Part shown: positions 18,224 through 27,448 of the stretch, piece by piece
Layout: each line of letters starts with the position of its first letter
Numbering within the stretch: the first letter of the stretch is position 1
IMG/VR virus record: IMGVR_UViG_3300046380_000010
Coordinates: 1 to 41,625 of that record
From: a virus
Lineage: Duplodnaviria > Caudoviricetes
Reading direction: 5' to 3' (one strand)
Length of the DNA: 41,625 nt
Position numbers and translations under genes: made by a program
The notes under the pieces: model-generated
Database searches by the model: none
What the model saw: the letters and a program-made list of their open reading frames with translations, nothing else
Told to the model about the DNA's origin: nothing

Positions 18224-18394
18224 AGCGTTTGAACATGGCTCGTCGGCTGTGACCGGTAAAGCAGGGATAGATTCCTGCGCGAGCCCCATAATTTAAGCCT
18301 CTGCACGAGCGACCATGCAGAGGCATTCGCCCTCACCATCGTTTGACCCCCGATGAGGACAGCACAAGTATACCCACACATAAGGGGAAACTGT

Positions 18395-19372
18395 ATGTCC
18401 GATACCGCTCTAGCTCCTGACGAAGTAATCACCGACGATTTTGGCGCTTCCACCTGGGAAGGCGCTCTCTCTGATAACGTGTCCTCTTCCCGTTACTCCG
18501 GCCGTGATAACCTGCCCGATACCATCCCGGAAGATCTGCTGGAGATGCCGACTGATTGGAAACATCTGGAAGAAGATCCCCGCGACGAGAATTACGATCC
18601 TGACGAGACTATCGAGCAGGCGACGGCGCGGGAGGAGCGCGAAGCACAGGAGGCCGCAGATAAGGCAGCAGGCAAACAGCCTGAAGACAAGCCTACTGAC
18701 AAGGTTCCTGCCGAGACTGCGCCTGCACAGGACGCGGATGTCAAAGCGAAGGTTGAGGCGTGGGATACCTTCGCGGACATGCTTCAGAAGAATCCGGATG
18801 CGGTCGTAAAACTGGCGATGGAGCGGATGTCGGAGGCGCAGAAAGAGCGCCTGCTGGAGACTATCGGCACTGCTGCACCTACTGCAAAGTCCGCACCGCT
18901 TCCGGACCTACCGGAGGACTACGAGCCTTCTGAGGGGATGGAGGAGGTGCTTAAGGCACGATGGAGCCACATCCAGGCGATCCCGGAGATGCAGAAGCAG
19001 ATCGCAGAGATGTCCACCGGCCTGGACGCTCGGATGCGGGAGAGTATGCGGGAGTTGCACTCTCCGATCGGCGCGGCGGTGGTACATGCGGAGATAGGGC
19101 TTGCCAAACTCGATGCGATCTGCGAGGCGCTCGGGCTGGATCTGCCGACGCCCGACATCACGGAACTAGACAAGATTTTGAATGATGGTCGCACGACCGT
19201 GAAGAGTGCCGTCAAGCGACTGACAGAAGCGCACTACAGAAAGAGCCTTGCGGAGCACAAACAGTCGCGTGCAGAGAGGCCGAAGACCCCCGGCAATCAA
19301 AGCACGCGCAGTCCCAAGTCCGATGAACCTGCCGATATGGTGCAGATTATGCGCGAGATGCGCGGATACTGA
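18395..19372 (+). CDS. Capsid scaffolding protein
   Basis: Acidic disordered N-terminus and helical core; lies between portal and capsid; AAGGGG RBS. Confidence 0.7.
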   Translation: MSDTALAPDEVITDDFGASTWEGALSDNVSSSRYSGRDNLPDTIPEDLLEMPTDWKHLEEDPRDENYDPDETIEQATAREEREAQEAADKAAGKQPEDKPTDKVPAETAPAQDADVKAKVEAWDTFADMLQKNPDAVVKLAMERMSEAQKERLLETIGTAAPTAKSAPLPDLPEDYEPSEGMEEVLKARWSHIQAIPEMQKQIAEMSTGLDARMRESMRELHSPIGAAVVHAEIGLAKLDAICEALGLDLPTPDITELDKILNDGRTTVKSAVKRLTEAHYRKSLAEHKQSRAERPKTPGNQSTRSPKSDEPADMVQIMREMRGY

Positions 19373-19387
19373 AAGGGGTCTAAGTAA

Positions 19388-20521
19388 ATGGCATTGATAG
19401 CAGCCGACCTGCCGTCCGGTTTTAGTACCGCCGTACGCGACGCGTGGCTTTCCAGAAACTATATGAGCCTGTTCACGCAGCGCTCTCCACTATTCAAAAT
19501 GCTTGCCATGCGCGGCCAGATCAAGAAGGCCGGGTACGGCGTCATGATGCGCGAACCTCTGCGCGTCCCCGTCACCACCGGGCCGCAGTTGACCGGGGTC
19601 ACCAATGCGTACGCCTACGTTCCCCCGCAGCCTATGACGGGCTTCACACAGGCGGAATGGCCGCTTTCGGAGTATGTGATCCCGGTCTCTTGGCAGGACT
19701 ACGACAGCCGCCGCGCAAACGGTGAGGTTGAGATGGTGCGTTGGGTGCAGTCGATCTACGAGCAGGCCAACGATCGCACCATGAACACCCTCATGGATCA
19801 CCTCTGGTTCCCGCCTGAATCCCCCCTATCAATCGGTTCCCGGCAACAGATCGCCTCCCTGCGTACCTTCATCAACGGCGGCACGACAGCGGCGACAGAC
19901 GGCGGCGCTTCCCCGCATACGCAGGCCGGACAGAGCGCAACCCCGGTCGTCTCTGCCACGGGAGCAGTCGCACAGACCACAGTCGGCAACATCCCGCGCG
20001 CTGCATCCGGTGCCGCCTACTGGTGTCCCTCCATCTTCAACGGCGATCCCTTCGCCTCCGGTGCGGCTCCTCTGACTGTCCAGACCCTGAATGATACGAT
20101 GGAAGAGGCCATTCAGGAGGGTATGGATTTTACTCCGGACCTGATCGTCCTGCCCAGTCAGATGTTCGGCAAGCTCCAGAACCTTCTCACGGTCGGAGGC
20201 TCCAACGGTGGTCTTATGCTTCACGAGGGCGACACAGCACGATTCGGCTTCCACTACCTCTACTTCCGTGGCGCAAAGATCGTCGTAGACCGCCGCTGCC
20301 CGACATCCGGATTCCTCTCTGGAACCTCCACTGCGGTCGGAAACCACATATACTGCCTAAACACTCGCTACCTCACGATGCGTATGAGCAGCAACAAGCC
20401 GACGTTCAAGAAGGTCGTCGAAAGCAAACCGATTCAGGAGGAGTTGGGTCAGATCTACATGGCCTTTACCAGCCGACACCTCGGCAACCTGCACAGCCTG
20501 AACTATAACGTTACTGTATGA
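19388..20521 (+). CDS. Major capsid protein
   Basis: 377 aa after the scaffold; PDLIV...FRGAKIVVD...IYCLNT.YL motifs of HK97-fold coats. Confidence 0.85.
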   Translation: MALIAADLPSGFSTAVRDAWLSRNYMSLFTQRSPLFKMLAMRGQIKKAGYGVMMREPLRVPVTTGPQLTGVTNAYAYVPPQPMTGFTQAEWPLSEYVIPVSWQDYDSRRANGEVEMVRWVQSIYEQANDRTMNTLMDHLWFPPESPLSIGSRQQIASLRTFINGGTTAATDGGASPHTQAGQSATPVVSATGAVAQTTVGNIPRAASGAAYWCPSIFNGDPFASGAAPLTVQTLNDTMEEAIQEGMDFTPDLIVLPSQMFGKLQNLLTVGGSNGGLMLHEGDTARFGFHYLYFRGAKIVVDRRCPTSGFLSGTSTAVGNHIYCLNTRYLTMRMSSNKPTFKKVVESKPIQEELGQIYMAFTSRHLGNLHSLNYNVTV

Positions 20522-20534
20522 ACGGATAAATGTA

Positions 20535-20975
20535 ATGGCACTTGCCATCACGGCACAACTTGGGGCGATAGAGTACGGGGTCATAGCCTTTACCGGGCTT
20601 GCGACCGCCACCGGCCTTGTCGCCTTCCCTCCTGCAAGCGGAGCAGCAGACCCGCGCAACGGCCCCAGCACGGTTTATCCGGTCGTAACGAGCGTCACGG
20701 AGAAGGATCGTCAGGCGATGGCGCTCCTGATGAACGTGGCGGCAAACCAGACGTTCAACATCGACTACCAGTTCACTCCGGACAATGGAGTTACGTGGTA
20801 CGTGGGGCAGCAGATTGCAAGCGCTACGGTGACGGTGGACGGCGGTGCGGCGGGGTTTACGCAGGCGGCGCAGATGAACATTCAGGTCGGCTATCAGTAC
20901 CGAGTGCAGATCTATAACAGTTCAGGATCGACGATGAACGGCGCTTACGAATGGCGTCTTTACACAGATAATTAG
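20535..20975 (+). CDS. Beta-rich virion protein (decoration-like)
   Basis: Follows the MCP; DYQFTPDNGVTWY Asp-box-like motif; paralogous to the C-terminus of 27449-28900. Confidence 0.55.
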   Translation: MALAITAQLGAIEYGVIAFTGLATATGLVAFPPASGAADPRNGPSTVYPVVTSVTEKDRQAMALLMNVAANQTFNIDYQFTPDNGVTWYVGQQIASATVTVDGGAAGFTQAAQMNIQVGYQYRVQIYNSSGSTMNGAYEWRLYTDN

Positions 20976-20984
20976 GAGATAGAC

Positions 20985-21500
20985 ATGGCGGGAACGATTC
21001 TCACAACTCCCTACAACCTGATAAGCCCGGACAACCAGTTTTCGCAGGAGTATCTCATCAACAACGGGGATACGGTCAACAGCGGCGACCTGGTGGGCGT
21101 CGTCGTCGTAAGCGGCGTAGGCTATATCACCCCGGCGTCCAAGACACAGGGCGCGGTCGTCATCGCCTGGGGCATCGCCTTCTTCCCCGGCGTCAACTCC
21201 ACAATTACCTACCGGGTCGGAGACGGCACCACGCAGAAGTGCGCTATCGCTAGGAGCGGCATCCTCACTGGCGTCAACTCCACGCTCATTCCGGCTCTAG
21301 GGGCCGGAAAGCGTGTCTACCTGGGGGCGGTCGGATCGGCCACGGTGAGCAACTACACCTGCACGCAGACGACCACCAACGGAGACGCCTTGCAGCCTGT
21401 CGGGTACGTATCCAATGACGGCACCTACGTGGAACTCTTCATCGTGAACGGCGGCTTCCAGTACCAGACGGCTGGTAACAGCACCGTCAACTTCGCGTAA
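20985..21500 (+). CDS. Capsid cement/decoration protein
   Basis: V.SGDLV, A.GIA, G..VYL and QPVG pattern of beta-tulip cement proteins. Confidence 0.6.
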   Translation: MAGTILTTPYNLISPDNQFSQEYLINNGDTVNSGDLVGVVVVSGVGYITPASKTQGAVVIAWGIAFFPGVNSTITYRVGDGTTQKCAIARSGILTGVNSTLIPALGAGKRVYLGAVGSATVSNYTCTQTTTNGDALQPVGYVSNDGTYVELFIVNGGFQYQTAGNSTVNFA

Positions 21501-21510
21501 GGAGACACCT

Positions 21511-21906
21511 GTGTCTTTCGCTCCCACACATGAAGTAGAGGGTACTCCTGTCGTCATCAAACTAGAGGACGGCAGGAGTCGCGCCTACGACAAAGACGGG
21601 AATACCGTGCCGTGGAAGAGGCAGAATCTGAAGCCGTACAAGGCTCCTCCTGCCCCCGAAGCGCCTACACACGCCTACATCCACGCGGACGCCGCTATGT
21701 GCATTCTGAAGGCGTGTTGTTTTCCGCAGTGGGAGAACGCTGTGCATACCGCACAGTCTCCCCGTGGGGACGATGCACGTGTCTTGAATGAGCGTGGCCC
21801 CAATGGAGAGAAGGTAGTTCGTATCAGTGAGCGCAACCCTGACGGCAGGAAGACCTATAAGGTATTCGTGCCGAAGCAGATAGCCTTTGAGATCGCGGAG
21901 GACTGA
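21511..21906 (+). CDS. Hypothetical head-module protein
   Basis: AAGGAG RBS with GTG start. Confidence 0.65.
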   Translation: MSFAPTHEVEGTPVVIKLEDGRSRAYDKDGNTVPWKRQNLKPYKAPPAPEAPTHAYIHADAAMCILKACCFPQWENAVHTAQSPRGDDARVLNERGPNGEKVVRISERNPDGRKTYKVFVPKQIAFEIAED

Positions 21907-21908
21907 GG

Positions 21909-22691
21909 ATGAGCACGACCTACCTACAAGCGCAGGACCGCGTTATGGATCTCATCCGCTTGGGTGCATGGTCGAACTCCTTCACGCCTCCCGATCCCTC
22001 CTATCTCGTGAACTACGGGGCAGGAGAGTTCATCCGCAACACGAACTACAATCAGGAGTCGGCCCTCATACAGACGGTCGCAGGGCAGCTTGTGTACGGC
22101 CTTACCTCCGACCTTCCGGACTTCCCTCCTGGTTTCCCCCTTGGGCCGCGCAAGTGGTACTCGATCAACGATGACGCCCTCTGGCAGATCGTTCCGGGCG
22201 CTCCTGGATCTGCCTCCTACCTGCCGCAGACGACGCGGCAGAAGCTCCGGATGACAGACATTCAGTACCTGGACTGCCCCGCTTCCATCCCGCTCTGCTG
22301 GTACATCGCAAACGACCAGGAGATCGGCCTCTATCCGCCTCCCTCTCAGTCGGGCATCTACGTTCAGTTCAGCGGCAACCGAGACATTCCTGACCTTGTA
22401 GAGCCGGATGATACCTTCCCCTGGCACGATCGGTACACCGAAGCCTGCTGCCTCTTCGGAGCGTATCAGTTCGGCAAGACGATCGCACGCGGGGAGGAAC
22501 TCCAGACCCTAGGCAGATACCTGAAGGAGGCGATGGATCTCTGCGCGGAGTTCTCACAGGACTTTACCGACAAAGAGGCCGCACTGATAAACAGGAACAT
22601 TCAGCAGCCCTCACAAGACTACCTGCTGACCGGTAACATCGTTGTACCGAATTATCAGAGCCCAACCCAGTTCTTCCCAGGCTTGACCTAA
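21909..22691 (+). CDS. Head-tail adaptor protein
   Basis: TVAGQ..Y.L, IGLYPPP and P.L....D..P motifs typical of podovirus adaptors. Confidence 0.65.
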   Translation: MSTTYLQAQDRVMDLIRLGAWSNSFTPPDPSYLVNYGAGEFIRNTNYNQESALIQTVAGQLVYGLTSDLPDFPPGFPLGPRKWYSINDDALWQIVPGAPGSASYLPQTTRQKLRMTDIQYLDCPASIPLCWYIANDQEIGLYPPPSQSGIYVQFSGNRDIPDLVEPDDTFPWHDRYTEACCLFGAYQFGKTIARGEELQTLGRYLKEAMDLCAEFSQDFTDKEAALINRNIQQPSQDYLLTGNIVVPNYQSPTQFFPGLT

Positions 22692-25600
22692 TGGCAGACT
22701 TGCAGCCTATCCCCCTGGCAGGCTTCCACGCCCTCGACAACACCCACTTGATCCCTCTTCCGGAGGCGATTGTATGCTCTGACGGGTGGACAGACGATGA
22801 CTCGATGACGGGCAGATGCGGCCATCGCTCCGCTCTGCCCTCCTCCATCACAGGTTCCGGCACCGTCCAGTTCTTTAACCGATTTCGCCCCTCCGCGCAG
22901 TCTCAGCGCTTTGTAGCGGTCATAGGCGGCAATATCTACCTCATCACCGAACCAACGAGTGAGACGGCCTCCGATGGTTCTGCCGCCCTGCTCATGGCCT
23001 CTGCCTTCGGTGCATCCGATCAGGTTTGCGGCGCGCAGTTAAACAGTTCGTTCTACCTGGTAAACAATACCACTCCGGCCGTCGCCTACCGCATCACCTC
23101 AGACTATACTATTCACGCTCTCCTCTCGCTACCTCAAGCTGCGGTACCAACGTTCACGCTATCCACGCTGGCCGTCATCCCCCTACACGGACTATCTACC
23201 ACGGGTTCCACGTTGACTATAGGCGCGTCTGGCGTGACTGGGTGGGACAATATAAGCGGAACCATCGGAAACGTAGCCATCTACACCTTTGCCTCGACAT
23301 TTGATTGGAGTGAGATCACATGGTTAATGGTAGCCTGCTCTCCGGAGACTCTTTCAGGAGGAGGAGGAACGTTCAAGGTCGAAATAGGGACTGTCGGTGG
23401 AAGTTACGTCTCGATCGCAACCGTATCCGATCCGCCCAACACCAACGGCTCTCCGTGGGTGCTGTACGGCAACTTGCAAGGGCTTGATCCTACCGTCCTG
23501 TCTGCCATTAATAAGATACGGTTCACGCAACTCGGGCCGACGACAGATCCTTTTAGCGTCTACGGCGTGATGCCCATACCCACGGCCCCGGAGCCGGGAA
23601 CGGTCAACTACTATGTCACTTATTTTAACTCAGTCACGGGGGTGGAGAGCGTCCTTTCGACAGCCTTGCCTGTCGTGTACAATAACAACGGGGTGGTATT
23701 CCCGACATTTCTTGCGGGTCACTGGAACTACAATTCGTTCCAGAATATCGGGGTCAAATCGAGCAATCCTGATACGCAGAGTACTTCGGATGAGTTCAAC
23801 AAGGGCATTGGGCTGGCCCATCCTACCGCCGCCGACTTCGCCTCCGTCTACACCTTCACCGGCACTATCCCAAGCGCTGCTCAATTCCCAAATGCGGACA
23901 CGGTACGCCTCTATCGATCTACAGCCGTGGGCATATCTCTCGTCGGGAGCAGCGTGTACTCTACCGACGGTACGGCAGGTAACGCTAAACGGGCAGACGG
24001 TTCTGCCTGGACTACAGGCACAGGCACCAACTCCGACCTACCGGCCAACGTAAGCTACTGGCAATCGAGCGGCACCACGTGGGCCATTACTGACAACACG
24101 GGTTCGTCGGCCTCCGCAAATTCCACCTATCAAGCCGGTGGCCCCTTTCCACCCTCCACACAGATGACGGCCTATCAGGGCAGGTTGGTTTCGATATACC
24201 AGAATCAGGTCAATATCTCCTCGTTCACTCCGGTGGGCGTCTCCACCAACCCGGTCCCGGAGTGGCCTCCGATCGCTCTGATACAGGCCGATGGATGGAG
24301 CTTTGATGTTTCGCCCTCCCCTACCGAGATAGGACTGTGCGTGAACGGGGACGGAGATGCGCTCTACATCGGCACGTCGGCCTCTGTGCGCTCTATGAGC
24401 GACGTCACCCCAGACAGCCCTACCTTCACCGTCCTGCGGCGCGGGGTCATCGGCAGGCAGGCTTACGGTTACTTTGAGGATAAGTTCTTCTGGTGCGCGT
24501 GGGACGGCATCTACATGAGCGCCAACCAGTCCAACCCGACCGAACTGTCGGAGCGCATCCGTACCTACTACCTGACTGAGTTCCTACCCGACGCCTCCCT
24601 GGTAATGGCCTACCAGGAACGCAAACTCTTCGTCTTCAAAGGGCAGAACTACCTGCGATACGACTTCGTGAAGCAGCGGTGGTCAACCGGCACGATAGCA
24701 GACAGTGCGGTCGTAGCGCACTCCTGGTCGGATGTGACGGGCGTTCAGAACAACAATTTCGTGGTCGATACCTTCACGGGTGGGCCGATCACCCTTGCCT
24801 CTCATACGCCTGACGTGGGCGGCGCATGGACGCACATGGTGGCGGGTTCTCTGGCTGGAACAGCCGATGTCGGCGCGCTGAACAATGTTCGCGCCCATAA
24901 CGCTCTACCGGATGAAGCTGCCTTCTACTACAATGCGGCGGTGCCTCTAAACGCCGACTACAACGTTTCCATGCAAATCTATGTGGCATCGGCGGGTATC
25001 TACTCAAGCCCTGAGATTTGCGGACGAATGCTCAACTCTCTGACGGTCAGCGGGGGAACCTACTACGGCGCGTACTACAATCCTGGCACAGGAAAGTGGG
25101 TACTAGAGAAGATGCTCACGGGAACACCGACCACTCTGGGTACCTTCACGCAGGCTCTGACGGTCGGGCATACGTATCAGATGGAACTTGTTATGGTGGG
25201 TAATCAGATCAGTCTGATGATCGACAACGTGACTGTCATCGGACCTGTCACCGACTCCGGGATCTCCGCTGCAAACTTCGCAGGACTTCAGTTCTTCAAC
25301 AACAATACAAATTTCTCCGACACGACACAGATGATCGGCCGGAACTTCACCGCGGGGCAGGGACAGTTCAATCGCACGCGCGCCGATCAGTTCTGGTTCG
25401 TGTCGACGGATCGCTTTATAGGGCGCTGGCAGCCCAACTCCTGCTTTCGGGACATGCAGATCGGAACGGATACGACCACGGGATCCGCTATTCCTGATTG
25501 GGTATACCGTACTGGCTTCCAGATGAACAATGAGCCGTGGACGCCGAAAGCGATTATGCTTGACAGCAGCGGCCCTGTTCAAGTACAACTGTCAAAGGTA

Positions 25601-25795
25601 GCAAATGCCGTCGTACCTGTTTCTGCCCGCAACCTGTTTACCACACAAACACCCGGCCTGGATGAGTGCTGGTTTCCCGGCGCGTCAGACCTGCGTGGCT
25701 ATAAGATTTCGTTTCAGTTTACAGGGGCAAACCTCGTCACACTGCGCCGTGCGATGTATGAGGCCGAAGTGCTGAAGGGAACAAAGGGAGGCTAA
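22691..25795 (+). CDS. Tail nozzle / tubular-B-like protein with inserted beta domains
   Basis: 1034 aa, Ser/Thr/Gly-rich; follows the adaptor; propeller-like segments (AYQGRL, FFW...DGIY, ELSERI, YDF....WS). Confidence 0.65.
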   Translation: MADLQPIPLAGFHALDNTHLIPLPEAIVCSDGWTDDDSMTGRCGHRSALPSSITGSGTVQFFNRFRPSAQSQRFVAVIGGNIYLITEPTSETASDGSAALLMASAFGASDQVCGAQLNSSFYLVNNTTPAVAYRITSDYTIHALLSLPQAAVPTFTLSTLAVIPLHGLSTTGSTLTIGASGVTGWDNISGTIGNVAIYTFASTFDWSEITWLMVACSPETLSGGGGTFKVEIGTVGGSYVSIATVSDPPNTNGSPWVLYGNLQGLDPTVLSAINKIRFTQLGPTTDPFSVYGVMPIPTAPEPGTVNYYVTYFNSVTGVESVLSTALPVVYNNNGVVFPTFLAGHWNYNSFQNIGVKSSNPDTQSTSDEFNKGIGLAHPTAADFASVYTFTGTIPSAAQFPNADTVRLYRSTAVGISLVGSSVYSTDGTAGNAKRADGSAWTTGTGTNSDLPANVSYWQSSGTTWAITDNTGSSASANSTYQAGGPFPPSTQMTAYQGRLVSIYQNQVNISSFTPVGVSTNPVPEWPPIALIQADGWSFDVSPSPTEIGLCVNGDGDALYIGTSASVRSMSDVTPDSPTFTVLRRGVIGRQAYGYFEDKFFWCAWDGIYMSANQSNPTELSERIRTYYLTEFLPDASLVMAYQERKLFVFKGQNYLRYDFVKQRWSTGTIADSAVVAHSWSDVTGVQNNNFVVDTFTGGPITLASHTPDVGGAWTHMVAGSLAGTADVGALNNVRAHNALPDEAAFYYNAAVPLNADYNVSMQIYVASAGIYSSPEICGRMLNSLTVSGGTYYGAYYNPGTGKWVLEKMLTGTPTTLGTFTQALTVGHTYQMELVMVGNQISLMIDNVTVIGPVTDSGISAANFAGLQFFNNNTNFSDTTQMIGRNFTAGQGQFNRTRADQFWFVSTDRFIGRWQPNSCFRDMQIGTDTTTGSAIPDWVYRTGFQMNNEPWTPKAIMLDSSGPVQVQLSKVANAVVPVSARNLFTTQTPGLDECWFPGASDLRGYKISFQFTGANLVTLRRAMYEAEVLKGTKGG

Positions 25796-25897
25796 ATGCT
25801 CTGGTTTATTTTAGGATGTATCGCCGGTGGTATAGTTGTGGGTGCTGTTCTGTATTGGGCTATCGCTTACGGTATAGCAAAATCGTTAGGATGGTAG
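25796..25897 (+). CDS. 33-aa single-pass membrane peptide (not in the ORF track)
   Basis: GGGAGG RBS; MLWFILGCIAGGIVVGAVLYWAIAYGIAKSLGW; exactly fills the gap between two genes. Confidence 0.6.
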   Translation: MLWFILGCIAGGIVVGAVLYWAIAYGIAKSLGW

Positions 25898-26383
25898 ATG
25901 CAGAAAGTTAATAAGACAACCGGCGACAGAACGCTCGATGAAGACCTACGGAGGCTCTACAAGAGGGGTGACGATGTAGACACGGCGATAGCGGCTCTCC
26001 AGAAGGCCAGTAATGCCTCCACAAGCCCAAATCCGTCGCCAATATCACCTCTGCCGGGAATTGCCCCTGGAGGCCCCCCTCTGCCTGTTGCGGCGAATGC
26101 TGTAAGCGGAACCAGCACCGCATACTCACCGTCCGATCACGTGCATCATGGGGTACAATCATTTCAAGGCAGTGTCGTTATTGCCGCTCCCTCGGCAACG
26201 CTTGCGATCACACACAATCTTGCGCTGAACACGCCTTTCCTGGCAAGCGTGCAGGTCTATAGTTCGGCAGGAGTACAGCAGACAACCGCTGGAGCGACCT
26301 TCGTTTTCACAACCAATAGTGTTACCATCACTTTTCTCGCTGCGCTGGCGGCGGATACCTATTCAGTTCTCGCGCTCGGATAG
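25898..26383 (+). CDS. Short tail fibre/spike-like protein
   Basis: N-terminal helix, Pro linker, S.SDHVH motif and ITHNL...VQVY...NSVTITF domain. Confidence 0.6.
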   Translation: MQKVNKTTGDRTLDEDLRRLYKRGDDVDTAIAALQKASNASTSPNPSPISPLPGIAPGGPPLPVAANAVSGTSTAYSPSDHVHHGVQSFQGSVVIAAPSATLAITHNLALNTPFLASVQVYSSAGVQQTTAGATFVFTTNSVTITFLAALAADTYSVLALG

Positions 26384-26866
26384 TCTTCTAGCTTTGCGCT
26401 GATTAGATCTGGATCGAACGTTTCTCTCTACATGGCACTTTTTGCACCTTCTTTCGCCCCGTGGTAGAATGGTAACGTTGTCTGCTTCCAGGGCGTGACC
26501 TTTTGAACAATATGCCTTACGACTGTTAATCGATCCGATACCGAATCCACGGGCAAGGTTTTCTTTCTGTGTCACAGGCTCAAGATGTGCAGGATTAACG
26601 CATGATCTGTTTCGACAAAGATGGTCTATCTGTAAGTCGGCATTGTACGCACCCGACAAAAGCGTGTAAACAATTATATGTGCCCTGTTGGTTTTGAAAT
26701 CAACGTGTCTTGCAGTGCCGTACCCGCTGTCGTTTTTTCCTGCCGTCCATATCCAGCACGGCCCTTCGGCAAGGTGGTGCCGAGGAACGTCCAACACTTC
26801 AAACTTAGAGCGGATACGTTCAGGAAGGCGCGGATCGGTGGGGTCGAATGAGGTACAATTATCCAT
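26363..26866 (-). mobile_element. Free-standing HNH homing endonuclease inserted antisense in the tail module
   Basis: CWIWTA...GYG...RAH..Y...QIDHLCRNRSCVNPAHLEPVT..EN; AAGGAG RBS; own GGTATACT -10 near 26938-26945. Confidence 0.88.
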
Positions 26867-26959
26867 GAGGATCTCCTTCTCACTAAGGTGATTTTCCACG
26901 CCGGGGATCTCGCAAATCGCCCGGCATTTCTTCTATAAGTATACCCGAAAGGCGGAAAC

Positions 26960-27445
26960 ATGTCTGTCGCATTTCAGAAATTTAACAGCTACGTGCAAGA
27001 TGTTGGACAGGGGAAAATCAATCTCAACGCAGACACCCTCATGATCCTACTAACAAATACGTCTCCTAATGCTGCCGATACGGTGGTAGATACCACAACC
27101 ACTCCCTGCACGGTTAAGTCAACGTCTAATGCGGTTGAGATCGCTGCGGGTAATGGGTATACCAAAGGGGGCGGTCAAATAGTATCTAACGCCTATACTC
27201 AAGTGGCGGGTCTTGCGTCCTTGACTGGAAACGCAGTAACGATCACGGCAACAGGATCAGTAGGCCCGTTTCGTTACGCTGTGGCGTATGATAACTCTTC
27301 TGGAACTACCGCTACTAGAAGCGTAATAGGGTTTTGGGATAACGGCTCATCGGTCACGCTGGCGTCTGGGCAGTCTGTCATTATCGGGAACTCTTCCACA
27401 GGGGGAAACTGGACAACAAGTTTCCCGATACTTACCGATCAATAA
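26960..27445 (+). CDS. Virion structural protein (tail fibre-associated)
   Basis: FQKFNSYVQD..G...LNADTL..LTN, GNGYT.GG and GPFRYAV motifs of a common phage family. Confidence 0.7.
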   Translation: MSVAFQKFNSYVQDVGQGKINLNADTLMILLTNTSPNAADTVVDTTTTPCTVKSTSNAVEIAAGNGYTKGGGQIVSNAYTQVAGLASLTGNAVTITATGSVGPFRYAVAYDNSSGTTATRSVIGFWDNGSSVTLASGQSVIIGNSSTGGNWTTSFPILTDQ

Positions 27446-27448
27446 TCT

